The notes under the pieces are model-generated. The model worked only from the letters and a program-made list of their open reading frames with translations. It ran no database searches and was not told where the DNA came from. A stretch of DNA of 64,000 nt from Vicugna vicugna. Taxonomy: Eukaryota. This document shows positions 52,001-64,000 of this stretch, in pieces (the stretch's first letter is position 1; each line of letters begins with the position of its first letter). Where the stretch lies: positions 3,593,319 to 3,657,318 of the forward strand of contig MU061579.1 in assembly GCA_013265495.1 (NCBI GenBank), read 5' to 3'. The translations under genes and the position numbers were made by a program.

Positions 52001-52401
52001 CATTAATAGCATTGATACTAAAAACACAACAACCATTTATTTCATCCATAATATACATCAAGCCATGTTCTCACTTTTCTATATATTTCCTTTTAATTTT
52101 CACAATTATTGACTTAGTGGATGTTCATAAGTTTTAAATTTGATATTTTTGGCAAAAGGAAAAATTGTAATAGTGACATCTTAATTATAGGTGCTTAAAA
52201 CATGAACTACTAATATACAATATTTTCTTATTTTTTTCTTAACTATACTTTAACTGAAATTTTAATTTTCTCTTTGCTGCCAGGGGAAAATGACTTTCTG
52301 AAGTCCCCCATTTTTTAAAAATTTTATACTGGTAATTGTTTTACCGTACACACTATTACTCCCATGAGGAATTTATTGAAAACTTTTCTGTGCAATCTCT
52401 A

Positions 52402-52421
52402 GCTATCTAAATTATCTATCC

Positions 52422-52464
<43 letters not shown>

Positions 52465-52473
52465 CCTACCTAC
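52402..52473. repeat. (TATC)n/(TACC)n microsatellite
   Basis: Read directly from the sequence. Confidence 0.95.
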
Positions 52474-52702
52474 TTCAGTGAGACCTTGAAGAAGAGCTAA
52501 TTTTTCCATTTTCAAAGTATAATGTACACCCACTCTCTTTTCATCAAATCATTCAAATAAATTAGTCTGTGTTTTGTCTAAACATCTGTCAAAAACTGAA
52601 AGATGTATTAGAATGCCTTTCCAATGCTATCTTGTTTATAGCAACTGCTCTAAATATTTACAATAAAGCATATATATAGTATATATATGCAATCAAGAGC
52701 AA

Positions 52703-52713
52703 TATATGTGTGT

Positions 52714-52744
<31 letters not shown>
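52703..52744. repeat. (TG)n microsatellite with CG interruptions
   Basis: Read directly from the sequence. Confidence 0.95.
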
Positions 52745-54189
52745 AGCTTGCTCTTTATTGTTCTTTTCCACTATTAAAATGTATGGTACTTAAGGTCAAA
52801 GACTTTTTTCATCATGTGCCTAGAATAATGCCCAACACATAGTAGTTGGTAAATAACTCTTTAGCAAATACAAATGTGTCAGTCAATTTTTAAAAAGGTA
52901 TTATGTAAAAAGATTAAGCTCAAAATGGAACAGTTAAAATCTTTAATCTTAGTTATATAATTTTTCCCTATGGTGAGGCATTACTATGCCAATTTTTCAA
53001 ATCAGGGAGTTACACAGAAATTGGCCTGATGAAAGCTTTGGGATTAGCATTTCATTAACTATTGCAGTTTAACTAACCAAAGCCAAAAATTAGCTAGAGT
53101 TGTGTTTGGGACAATTTGCAACAAATTATTGAGCTTTTCAGAAAATAATGCCTCCTAGGCTAACAGAAAGTGTAAAATTTTGAAATAAATAATCACGTTT
53201 TACTGAGGTTTGATTATATTTTCCTGTGACTTAAAAAAAATAATTTCAATCATTTTCAGTATTATTACTATAGAAATTACTGTTATTAATGTCCTTGCAT
53301 ACAAATTTTTACAAATGGGAATATTTTCATTTATTTCAGATGTAATTCAATATCATTCTATACCCAAGTCTACAAATCTTTTCTTCCACAGTAGACAGAT
53401 GATTTTAAGATATCTTATGTGGCACTTTAAAGCACCTTACTTTTGAAATACTATTTATGAAATAGTATTTATTAGTGTACTGGCCATTATAGATCTATGA
53501 TAACACCACTATGATTATCCTTTCCATTTTGTTAAATAGAATATTTAACTAGTTATTTCACTGATATAATTTCTGTTTCTCAGTGAAGATACAGAAAAAT
53601 CAATGCTGTCATTCAAAGCTCTGTTTTCGACTTTTATGCTTACATATTCTTTTAATCAAATTCAATATGTGATTCACTGTTTTAATATTCTAGAGTTTTG
53701 ATAAAATCACAGATCTTATTTCTACATTATATACTCCTCTTAGTAACAGACAGAATTGATTATTCATTCACTCACTCATTCACTTGTTCATTTATTCATC
53801 ATTGACTGATTACCATAAAAATATTACTGTATAAATCACTCCTGGAAGAAATGATTTTTATCCCCTTATACCTTAGCAAGAGATCATCTGGCATTCAATA
53901 AGTATCATGATATAGAAAGAAACAGTGTTTATTATTGCCAAATAACAGAAGTATTTCAAAAAGTGAAATATTTGTAATGAAAATTCTAGCTTGCTAAAGA
54001 ATTTCTATAACATATAATTTGTTGTATCTTTTTTTGTTGTTAAGAGGATTATCTACAAATAACTGTATATAGTTTCCTTCTTCAAGTATAAGTAACCTAC
54101 AGACATAAAAAAGGCTTATTCAATATTTGCTTTTACAGTCCTTCATTAATCTACAACAAGAACATTTCGAGATTTTTTCAATATGGATG

Positions 54190-54866
54190 TTTTAATACCT
54201 TTTGTGTCTCTGCTGAGATTTAGCCCTTTTTTCCTTTCCCTCACTAAGCATAGTTATAACAGCTGTTTTAACATATTTTTCTGCTAATATCAACATATGG
54301 ATCATCTTGTTTGTTTGCTTTTTCCCATTAATTGACTTTTCTTGTGAGAATGGATTACATTTTTCTGATTCTTAATATGCTGAGTAATTCTGTATTGTTT
54401 CTTGACCACTATGAATGCTACATGGTAGATTCTGTTATATTCCTCAGAAGAGTGCTAAATAACCCTTTTGTTGAAAAGAAGACAAGTTAAGTGCTTGCTG
54501 CATGCCCTTCATCTTGAGTGACATATTCAATCTCAGTTCAATTTTTTTAAACTTTAGCTGGTACCTGTCCTGCAGATGCATGACTCAGAGACAGATGGAG
54601 AATTGTGCAGAGCTTATATACAGAAATTAGGCTCCATATCTTTGGCTTTCATGTTTCCAAAATCCCCACCCACTTTCCAGTGTCTTTATAATGGTGATTT
54701 TCTATCAGAGATTTAGTCATATTTTTGCCAACTGCCAGCTTTTGTTCGGTCTCCAATACCTCCAGGTGATTTCTTGTGTGTGTAATTTGTTCAGAGTTTA
54801 TAGTAGTTATCAATGGGAGGTTCAGCCAAGTAGGAGTTTAATCTATTACCCCAGAAGCTGAATCTA
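54190..54866 (-). mobile_element. Old L1M (L1ME-type) 5' region
   Basis: TCTGCTAATATCAACATATGGATCATCTTG...GAATGGATTACATTTTTCTGATTCTT... ending CCCCAGAAGCTGAATC. Confidence 0.55.
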
Positions 54867-55149
54867 TAGCTAGAAAATTTTAGGGGGAAATTCAATAAAT
54901 TTTAGAAAATCCTCAAACAAAACAAAGCAAACAAAGTAAGTTTTACATTAGAGGGATACACTATGCCTGTTCAGTTGAGAAAGAGTGTGAGTTTTATTGA
55001 TAAACTGAAAAAACATGAAGAGAACATATGACAGTATGTCACAGGGAGCAGCATATATATGGAGAAAGAAAATAACAGGATGTTTAACATCAAATTACAA
55101 ATAAAAATTTGACATTTAAAAATGTCAAGTATGTTCTAAAACTTACAGT

Positions 55150-56415
55150 TGTGAATGCTAGGTATTTTTGTTTTCTTTTAAGTACATTTAACATTTGGGA
55201 CACAGGTTAGTTACTTGGAAGCAATATAATCTTTTCAAGATTTACTTTTAATCCTTGTGTAGGCTGAGCAAGAAATATCTTTAGTTTGGGGTTAATATTT
55301 TGCCCACTAATGAGGCAATAGCCTTCTGAGTACTCTATCTGATACTCCACGTATTACAAATGTTTTCTACCCTTGATAGTAGGAACACAGACTATTTCCA
55401 GCCCTGTCTCAATACTCCCTCCCCTGCCTTGAGCTTACTTACTCATGGATATATGCTGATCAATACTCAACAAACATCTAGAAGGGAGTATTATGAAATC
55501 TCCAGAGCTTGCTCTTGGTGCAACTCTCCCTCTGTATGCAATTCTCTTCTCCATGCAATTCTCTCTTCTCACAGTTCACAGGGACCTACCCTGTAAATTC
55601 TTAATGTCTCATCACCTGAAAATCTCACTTCTATGTTCTCAATTCAAGGAGACTTTGGGGTTCTGTTTGGATTACCCCTCCCAGTTCTGTGACCTGGAAA
55701 CTCTCTCCAGACAATAAACAAGAAATCGTAGGGCTCACCTTGCTTGTTTTTATTCTTTCACAGTCATTGTTCTTTGATGCCTATTACCCAATGTCTGAAT
55801 CTATTTTTTTTCATATATCTTATCCAATGTTGATATCGTAGTAGGGAGGAACAATTCTTACTCCACGTTAGATCTGTTCCTTTAACCCTAACCCTTTGTT
55901 TTGTTTCTAGCACTTAGTCATGAAGGTTCTGCACCTTTTGTAAAGTAATGTTGCCTATAGCCTGAAATATACAGGATAGCCTATTCTCAAGGCTTTGATC
56001 TCTAAGGGTATAATACGTTCCCATTCATGTAAAGATAAAAATTTGCAGAACAGAAAATAACATTTGTCTTCTTGAAGGTTTATAGGGACACCATGACCTG
56101 ACCTACATGGACAGCTGCAAGAACAAAGGACTCCCAACACCAAGAAGTCTGCAACTATACCCCTTCATTGTTTTAGTATAAAAGGAGCCTAAATTCTGAC
56201 TTGAGGAAGATGGTTCTCCAGGACATCAGTTTGCCATCTTCTCAGTCTGCTGGCTTTCCGAATAAAGGTGTTATTCCTTGCCCTAACACCTCATTTCCCA
56301 ATTTATTGGCCTGTCGTGCAGTAAGCAGATTGAGTTTGGTCTTGGTAACAATACGTTTAAGGCAGGAGAGTAAGTCTAGTTCTTGTTACTAAGTCATGGC
56401 CTGAAAAGGAAGTCT
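55150..56415 (-). mobile_element. Old L1M 5' region interrupted by an LTR
   Basis: GGTTAGTTACTTGGAAGCA...CTGGAAACTCTCTCCAGACA...GGGCTCACCTTGCTTG...[LTR]...TTGTTACTAAGTCATGGCCTGAAAAGGAAGTC. Confidence 0.6.
55837..56350 (+). mobile_element. ERV1 solo LTR
   Basis: TATAAAAG near 56177, AATAAA at 56261, ends ...TTGGTAACA; near-TSD ATAT/ATAC; splits contiguous L1 sequence. Confidence 0.8.
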
Positions 56416-56799
56416 AAAACCATGATCAAAATTCAATTTGTAGTAGAATGGATTTTGAAAGTCAACTTGAGACAATGGTTTACTAAAGTTTATTTGTCAC
56501 ATTTTATTTTCTATTAAAATGAAAATATTACATATACTAAAGGAGCTGATTTTTTTTAACTGAGAGAAGAAGGTCTTCAGTTTTAGATAACTAACAGATA
56601 TGGAAGGAATTTTCATTACAATTTGTGTGGAAAGTAAATGTTCTTAGCTTGTATCTATAGGTTAGAGTTTGCAAATGCCCTGGGGCAGCTCTACTACTTT
56701 GAAAATATTCTCAATCACATTATTCTTTAACTTTGATACAAAATGTGCAGACACAGCAAAAATCTGTTACATTTATTATGTTAGCTGAGTTGTCAGTAG

Positions 56800-57960
56800 A
56801 GACGTTTTACCCTGGTCTATTTATTACAACAATAGCTTGTTAACATATCTCCCAAATTCAAATTGCCTTCTCTAATAATCCAGTTTCTGGACAGCCACCA
56901 AAGCCATTTTATGTTTTCAGGCAGCCACCAAATGCTTTTTTTCTTTATTTCTTCTTCTTTATTTCTGTATTATTTTTTGTAGAGTAAATCATATTTTATT
57001 ACCACTTTGGTGAAAACCATTCAGAACCTTCCTATCTCACTTAAAATAAATCCCCAATTATTAACAAGACTGATCCCTGCATTATTTTTCTGCTTATTTA
57101 CATTAAATTATATTTTTTGTCCCTCTTATTTATCTTCTTTTAAATTAACTGAGTATTTTTATGATTTCATTGCATCTCCTTGTTTGATTACTAGCTCTAC
57201 TTATCTGTGTTATAAATTTATATTTGCCTTAGGTTTTATAGCATGCATCATTTACTTACTACCACCTTCCTTTAAGTAATATTATACCACTTCAGGCAGA
57301 ATATAAGAAACTGATAGCACTATATTTCCACTTTCTTCTTCTGGCTTTTGCACTATTGTTAAAGGAAGTATTTCAGGAAGAAGGAGAATGATTCCAGATA
57401 AAAAAAATTGAATCTACACAAGAAAATAGAGAGCACTGGAAATGGTAAATATGTAGGTATATTTTAAAAATATTTTAAAAAGATAATTGGTTATTTTATA
57501 CAACAGTAAAAATAGTATCCTGCCACTTCTTATTCACTGTACTCTGCATACATGTTGGCTTACATTCAGTCGCTCAAACGCACCAATGACTTCCTGCTTT
57601 AGGCTTAGCTAGGCTGTTCTAACTGCTGGAGGCACAGCACCCACAGCCCATACACAAGCACTCACTCAAAACATTTGCTCTGGCTCCTCCTTTTGTTCTG
57701 TAGTTTTCATCCTAACTTTTATTTCCCTTAACAAATCTTTCCAATTCATCTCATTTAATCAACACACCACTCAGTATTTTTTATCTTCAAAATTTCCACA
57801 ATTTATAATAGTGTATTTGGCTCAACACTTACTTTTTTTTTTTTTAATATGTGTCTCTCTACTAGTTCTGTGAGTTCCATGAGAGTAGGAGTACATGTTT
57901 ATACTGTCGTCTTTCCAGAACCTAAACAATGTTTGTGAAGTACTATTGAATAATTGTAGA
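56800..57960 (+). mobile_element. L2 LINE interrupted by an inverted L1 piece
   Basis: AAAACCATTCAGAACCTTCCTATCTCACTTAAAATAAATCC ... CTGTGAGTTCCATGAGAGTAGG ... CCAGAACCTAAACAATG L2 3' blocks. Confidence 0.6.
57085..57515 (-). mobile_element. Old L1 ORF1-end/inter-ORF fragment with an inversion
   Basis: 57085-57360 is minus-strand L1M inter-ORF sequence; 57361-57515 is the upstream L1 segment on the plus strand (AAAGGAAGTATTTCAGG...GAGCACTGGAAATGGTAAATATGT). Confidence 0.7.
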
Positions 57961-60170
57961 GTGTTATTAAGAGTAAACTTAGAAAACGCTTCCTTTTAAG
58001 TTTGTTTTCCTACTAAGACATTTTTACAAAAGCACTGGAGAACGGTGTTTCAGCCTACTCTATGTCATGCCGTGAGTCCTGTGAAGTTATTTAGATTCTC
58101 CGTACTTTGTGTCGTGTTCTATCTACGAAATAAGCATTACAAAGCAGGCCAGTGCCTTTTATTTTTAGTGTGCTTTCAGAAACTAGAAGAAAAGTTACCA
58201 TATCATTTTTTAAAATCTCTTGAGCCTCTTTGAAGTGACCCTGTCAACATCTCTCAGTGTTTCAGCACTTAAAGTTGTTTCTTGGTTTGTTGCCAAAGGA
58301 ACCACCACAGGGATTTATACTGGCAACTTCTTTAAAAAATATACAGAACATTTTTTAAAATAAGGAGTACCTTGGAGCAATTCAAATCACTGTGTCACTC
58401 ATGATGAAAAGGCTATGTACAAATATGTCATTATACGTATTCTTAGGGCTGATAATTGGTCAGATCTGACATCCAACTACTTAACCTCCACAAGGGGATG
58501 TCAATGGACATCACAACCACATTGCCAGAGTGACATGGTTTTTCAGTCAGTGGTTGCAGATGCTTACATACACCCAACATAAAAACTGTAACATAGAAAC
58601 AGATGAATAGAATGATTAGTAAGATATATAATGAACAGGCACACCTTAAATCTATTTTTCTCTAAATAAATTGTACTTGTAAAGTCATTGTTTTTACCTG
58701 TGTATGTTTGTATATGGGCTTCACTTACACATCTGTACACACATGTTCAATTTTTTTATAAAGCTATTTGCTTTGGAATGATAACAACAGATTATAGTTA
58801 ATCTCAATGGTATCATTTGAGTTCAGTTATCAGGTATCTAAATTAGCATATATTTAGAGATTTTCCCAATGATATATTGACCCATAGGAGAATAATTTTA
58901 AAAAATGTTGACTCTCTTGTTGACCAGCACTTGATGTTAAATTATTTTGACATGTATAGACTATATGCAAAGTTTCTTCCAGTTAGAGTCTGCTATTTTC
59001 ATTTCAAAATATTTTATTTCATTACTTAGACAATTATGTATCTCTCAAAAGGAATCTATGTATTTATCAAAAGGAAACACTGTAAATTATGTTCAAATTA
59101 ATAATCTGGTAAAATATCTCTGTCTGGAAAGTACATTTTGAATTAATTAATTAATTAATGACCTACATAATTACTAAGATTAAATCTAAAAGCACAGCAA
59201 AATCTAGGATTAAATACAAACTTTCTCAAAGGAGCAGAAGTCAGAAGTAAAATGAATGCTATATCTTACTATATAAGAATATATTGTAACTTACCCTTAT
59301 ATATGTAGGATATACATACCCTATATATACTTAGAATATAGGAAATTCTTTATATGTTTTGAAAATATCTTGGAAATGTACCAACTATAGTCAAAAGAAC
59401 ATATAAAAATGTATATAACTATTAATTTAGGTTTAACTTCCTACAACAGCTATAAAGAATGTGGTGGTGTGTGTGTGCCGATTTGGCATGGAAAACAAGC
59501 AGAAGCCAGCATTAACAGGAATGACTAAACATTTGCTAAAGTAGCAAATAAAAATCAAACTATGTATACTGAGTATCAACTTATCCATGGTCCTGCCTTC
59601 CACTGGGCCAAATGTCTAATAAAATTTTATCACAGTTATCTGCAGAGCATTCGGGGATTCAGAGCATTCATACGCTTCATTTGGAGGGGGGATTCTTTTT
59701 ACAGTGGTTATCAAGACTTTGATGAACACTAAGAACTCTTAAAACTGTGACTTTAACAAATTCTCTGCTCTCCTGGAAGAGAGTATAAAGGGAAAGACAG
59801 TGTTTATCGTCTCTTCATATATAGAAATACTGAATTTTCAGGGTGTTGCAGAGGGAAAAACATTACCCAAGCTACCTTTATTTGTGCACTTTAAAAGCTA
59901 GAAGGTTCTTTAAGCAATATCTTGTCTCAGCCCTTTAGTTTAGAATAAATTTGTAAAACATAGCTGCTGGTTATCAAAGACCTTGAAGGAGTTAAGAGCA
60001 GAAACAAAGAGGAAAATATCTCTGTCCTAGGTCACAAGAAATTACCCTCTTAAATTTGTTTTTATGTTACTGATCTAAAAATTGGTTGCATGCCATCTAA
60101 TTGTATAGAGCATGCTTTATTTAATATACTGTACTTGTTCTAGATTCTCTAAGTTCTGTGATTTTATTAC

Positions 60171-60787
60171 TGTTACTGATCCAAACTTGAGTCTGCTCAC
60201 CTGAATGCAGGAAAGCCAACTACTGACAAAAGGTTGTGGTGAAAGGAAGTGCAGCTGCAGCGTTCACTGCAGGACGCCAAGAAGGGAGACCAGGCAGCTC
60301 ATGCTCTAAAGGCTCAAACTCCCCAGTGGCTTTCAGGGAAAGATTCTTAAAGACAGGGTGAGGGAAGGCGGCTGTGGGTGTGTGATCAGCTCACGGACAT
60401 CCGTCTGACTGACTGGTGGTGAGGTAGTTAGGAGTTAACATCATTAACCTCTGGAACCAACCTGTCTGGTGTCAGTGTTAACTTCTTCCACCTGGTGGGG
60501 GGTTTCAGGATCTACAAAACTGCTCAAAGGATATGGCTCAGAACACTATGGCCCTTGAAAGGAAACTAAATGTTCTTCATTGTGTTTAGTGGTTAAACTA
60601 TCATTATTTTGCCTTGCTTGATTGTTTTCCTTTGTTTCTGCATTTTCTCATTTCTCTGATTGAATTCATTCTTTGGACCTTGGGGAAGGGCTAAAAGGCT
60701 AAAGTTTTTCTACAAACAAGAGGCAGGAAGAGGATATGGGGTGGTGGTCTGTCCCAGAAAGTTTTCTTAGGGTCCTGCTTGGTTATG
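60171..60787 (-). mobile_element. ERV1 solo LTR
   Basis: Starts TGTTACTGATCCAAACTTGAGTCTGCTCACC; GC-richer island with CAGCTCATGCTC...GGCTTTCAGGGAAAG...TGTGATCAGCTCACGGAC; ends GGGTCCTGCTTGGTTATG. Confidence 0.75.
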
Positions 60788-62099
60788 AGGTGTAGACAGA
60801 AACCATGAATATCTAACTCTTTGCCTTATATGCCATTATCAACATTTAGTAGGCTTTTAACTTGATACTTGTCATTGAAATGCTGTAGCTCATGTATACT
60901 TATCAGAAGAATCATGTTTTCTTTAATAGGAAAATCAATTCTACACACATTAGTAATATGTATAGCTTTGTTGTTAATTAATAGTTTGATAGATTTTTCC
61001 TTCTTAAACAATTTTGCCTCAGTGTCTGAATATTTGTTTTACTCTTTCCAATTCAAATTGTTTCAAAATTTGACTGAAAGCAAATATATGTGTAAAAACA
61101 AAACAAAACAAAACATTTAAACAAAAGTTGGGGCAAAAATGTTGACAGATCAAGTGTCTGAATATTGGCACCAGCATTCAATATGGTGCTCATACTAGGA
61201 AATGTCCAGGCTTTATATTCTACTTCATTGTAAAACTTAGGCAAAATTTATTAACACACTGTCATACAGACAACACATGCTGCTTAATGATAGAGCCCAA
61301 TGGTCGAATTCCTTCCTTGTCTCTTTTTGTCTCTAAGATTTGAAACAATTACTGAATTCCTTTGAGTTCTTCCTTATCTATTAAAGTAGGTTGATAATGT
61401 CACCCACAATGGAATTTATGAAGATTCAAGTAATATTTTAAGTTTCTCTAATTGGTGCTACAATGGGATAAACCAGTATTATTGTTGATGCTAATTCATT
61501 ATCCTCATTATATCTAATTTCCTATGAGGTTTGAATGTAGACAAAGCATGAAGAAAAGTGCTGGGCACAACCTCAAGAATGAAAAGGAGTAATAACTAAA
61601 ATTTTCAGAATGTGTTATTGTATGGGATGAGTGAGACTGTTTAACATTTTATTTGTTAAGTCTAGCAAGTATTTAAAAATCATGGATAACCACTAAAAGA
61701 ATACTAATACAAAGCATAAACCAAAATATAACAGGAAAATTGAAGAAATTAAGGATATATTATAATAGGTATCAACAAACACAGTATAGGGAGAAAAACT
61801 ATTCAGGAAAAGCCATAATCCTCAGAAGATGAACAATGGAAATTCAATAGCATAAAGGAATAACTTTTCAGAGCTTGCGTTATTTTTCTAGAACACATCT
61901 GTTGCACTTAGGAAACATGATGCTTATATAAATTCTAATAGACTGTAAAGTTAAATATTAGCACTTATGTCCAAAGGCAGAATGACAGTAAAGTTTAAAT
62001 TAATAGTCTAATTCAAGATTACTGACTAGTTCAAATGTTGCAAGACCATGGCAAATATTGTAAGAGCATGTACTTTGCACAAAAGCAATTAAGAGAGAT

Positions 62100-62559
62100 T
62101 GCATTAGTCACAGTTCTCCAGAGAAACAGAACCACTATGATATGTGTGTATATGGAGAGAGATTTGTTATAATTAGTTTATGTGACTGTTGTGGCTGGCA
62201 AGTCCAAATATGAATTGTGGGCCACCAAGCTCAAGATTCAAGAGAGCCAATGGTACAATTCTATTATGAACAATGATGGTCTTGAGACCTAGCAGAGCCA
62301 GTGGTGCAGATAAAGCCCAAAGGCAAGCTCCCGGAGAATTCTTTTTTATGTGGGGGAGGGTCAACCCTTTTCCTCTATTTTAACCTTTAACTATTTGGAT
62401 ATGGTCCAACCACAGTATGGAGGGCAATATTCTTTCCACTACTAATTAGAATGTTAATCCTATACAAAAACCCTCACAGAAACACCTAGAAAAATGTTTG
62501 ACCAAATATGTGAGCAACCTGTGGCTTAGCCAAGTTGACACACAAAACTGACCATCCCA
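62100..62559 (-). mobile_element. MLT2 (ERVL) solo LTR
   Basis: TGCATTAGTCACAGTTCTCCAGAGAAACAGAACCA...GCCAAGTTGACACACAAAACTGACCATCCCA; 5-bp TSD GAGAT at 62095-62099 and 62560-62564. Confidence 0.9.
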
Positions 62560-63699
62560 GAGATCCTGAATCTGGAGCCAAAAAAAGAAAAAAATAATTA
62601 AAAGCTGTGTGAAGATGCACTAGTGGGATGTAACATTAGAAAGGATTAATGAGACTCCAGCATAAGGTTTATTATAGTACAATGGTACAATGACACTGAA
62701 GAATTCCTAACTGTGAAGGTGTGAGTTGAAAGACATTTCGTTACTCTTATAAGACCCCTTGTTAAAATTATATTATTTTGATTTATATATGTGGAAAATA
62801 ATCTTGAAACCAAAGAAATGAAATATAAGGGACAGTCTGCATGTGAGACCTTCTTTTAGAAACATTTTTTTACATATATTGTTTCTACACTACCATTTTT
62901 TGAGTTCCCATTAAAAAAAAATTCTTGATATATTGAGTTTCTTGAACTCTAAAATTTCCCATTTAAAATATCACCTCTAGCTACTGTGCATTAGGTTTCT
63001 AGTCATTTTATATCCATTGGCTCTCAGAAATACAGTCAGATATCTTTGTGCCATCTTTACAAATGAAGAAATAGAAAACTAAATTACCCAAGGCCACACA
63101 ACTTTAGAGTCTATCTGACTCTAAATTAGACAAATTTATTAAATGACATAGGAAAAGAAAAAAGTATCCTGACATTCTTCTATTTCATATTTGACCTGCA
63201 AGAATAAGATCAAAGAATAAATGACTCAAAAAACTGGTTTTGAGAGTTTCCCCAGGAATAGCGATTTAATGAGAGGTGAATTAAAGGCAAAGAAACAAAT
63301 AATCAGCATTTAATACAAGTAGCAGATAAATATTTTAATGATAAACTAGAAAAGATGTTTAATGTCCAACTTGAAATAGCTCTCAATAAGTTTTAGATTC
63401 ATACTCAGTGTCTTGATAATGAAATAAAAGCACATGCAAAAAATGAGGGATATTTTCTTGAGAGCAGAAAGGCAAAGTTGATATAATTAGACCCAGAATT
63501 AAGGACTGGGCATAACCTGGTGGAACTAGGGCTGGTCAAACAAGATAAACACATGGTCTGCAAAAATATCAGCAGAATTACACTTTGCAACTAGTTAATA
63601 TTAACAGAATTAATAACTAGATAAACACAAATGGGAGTGAAACCAGTACGGTGTCAAAATATCAAAAGATCTGCAATGAAACATTCAAAGCTGGAAGAC

Positions 63700-63920
63700 T
63701 TCTGGTTTCCAGTTCTACATGCAAGGGTTTAAAAACCCTTCCTTCGTTTCTATCCTTCACTTTTATCCTGAGAAACTATGGGATATTTTATAGTCTATTT
63801 CAGTTCCTTTGCCAAAAAGCTATCAATTACCTACTGATCAAAGTCCTTTATATCTCTCAGAACCGAGTTCAAATATAACCTCCTCCTCAGGAAGATTTCT
63901 CTATGCATTTTTCTCTGCCT
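63700..63920 (+). mobile_element. Degraded L2 fragment
   Basis: CTCAGAACCGAGTTCAAATATAACCTCCTCCTCAGGAAGATTTCTCT. Confidence 0.45.
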
Positions 63921-64000
63921 TTTCCTGAAAAGTCTTTTTTTTTTTTAATTTCTAAGTTCTCTAGGTTTTGAGATAAAGAGGAAGTTACTCAACTTCTATG

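Noticed and set aside
53446..53470. Hairpin AAATACTATTT-ATG-AAATAGTATTT (also the 9-bp inverted repeat at 55109-55128)
   Set aside because: Short and very AT-rich, so expected at this base composition
996..63878. All ORFs in the supplied track as protein-coding genes
   Set aside because: All are 115 aa or shorter, many start at non-ATG codons, several lie in LTR, L1 or microsatellite sequence, and none resembles a protein I recognise. Small exons of a large host gene cannot be excluded by eye

Overview
This is mammalian, AT-rich, CpG-depleted non-coding DNA, either intergenic or deep intronic. A tRNA-derived SINE resembling the camelid Vic-1 family and artiodactyl-type L1 3' ends suggest a camelid (camel, alpaca or llama). 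I found no protein-coding exon, functional RNA gene or CRISPR array; the ORF track is short chance ORFs or repeat read-through. The window is a mosaic of solo ERV1/ERVL/MaLR LTRs, L1 fragments, old L2/MIR and hAT-Charlie relics, and microsatellites. The most notable items are: an inverted pair of MER41-like LTRs, one with an intact STAT/GAS site; a ~100-bp retrocopy matching my recollection of the SET 3'UTR; a diverged ~130-bp local duplication; an old L1 with twin-priming inversion geometry; and a POU/octamer motif cluster in a repeat-poor stretch. I cannot support a new biological system. Repeat family names come from memory of consensus sequences and need RepeatMasker/Dfam confirmation. Boundaries of old repeats are approximate.
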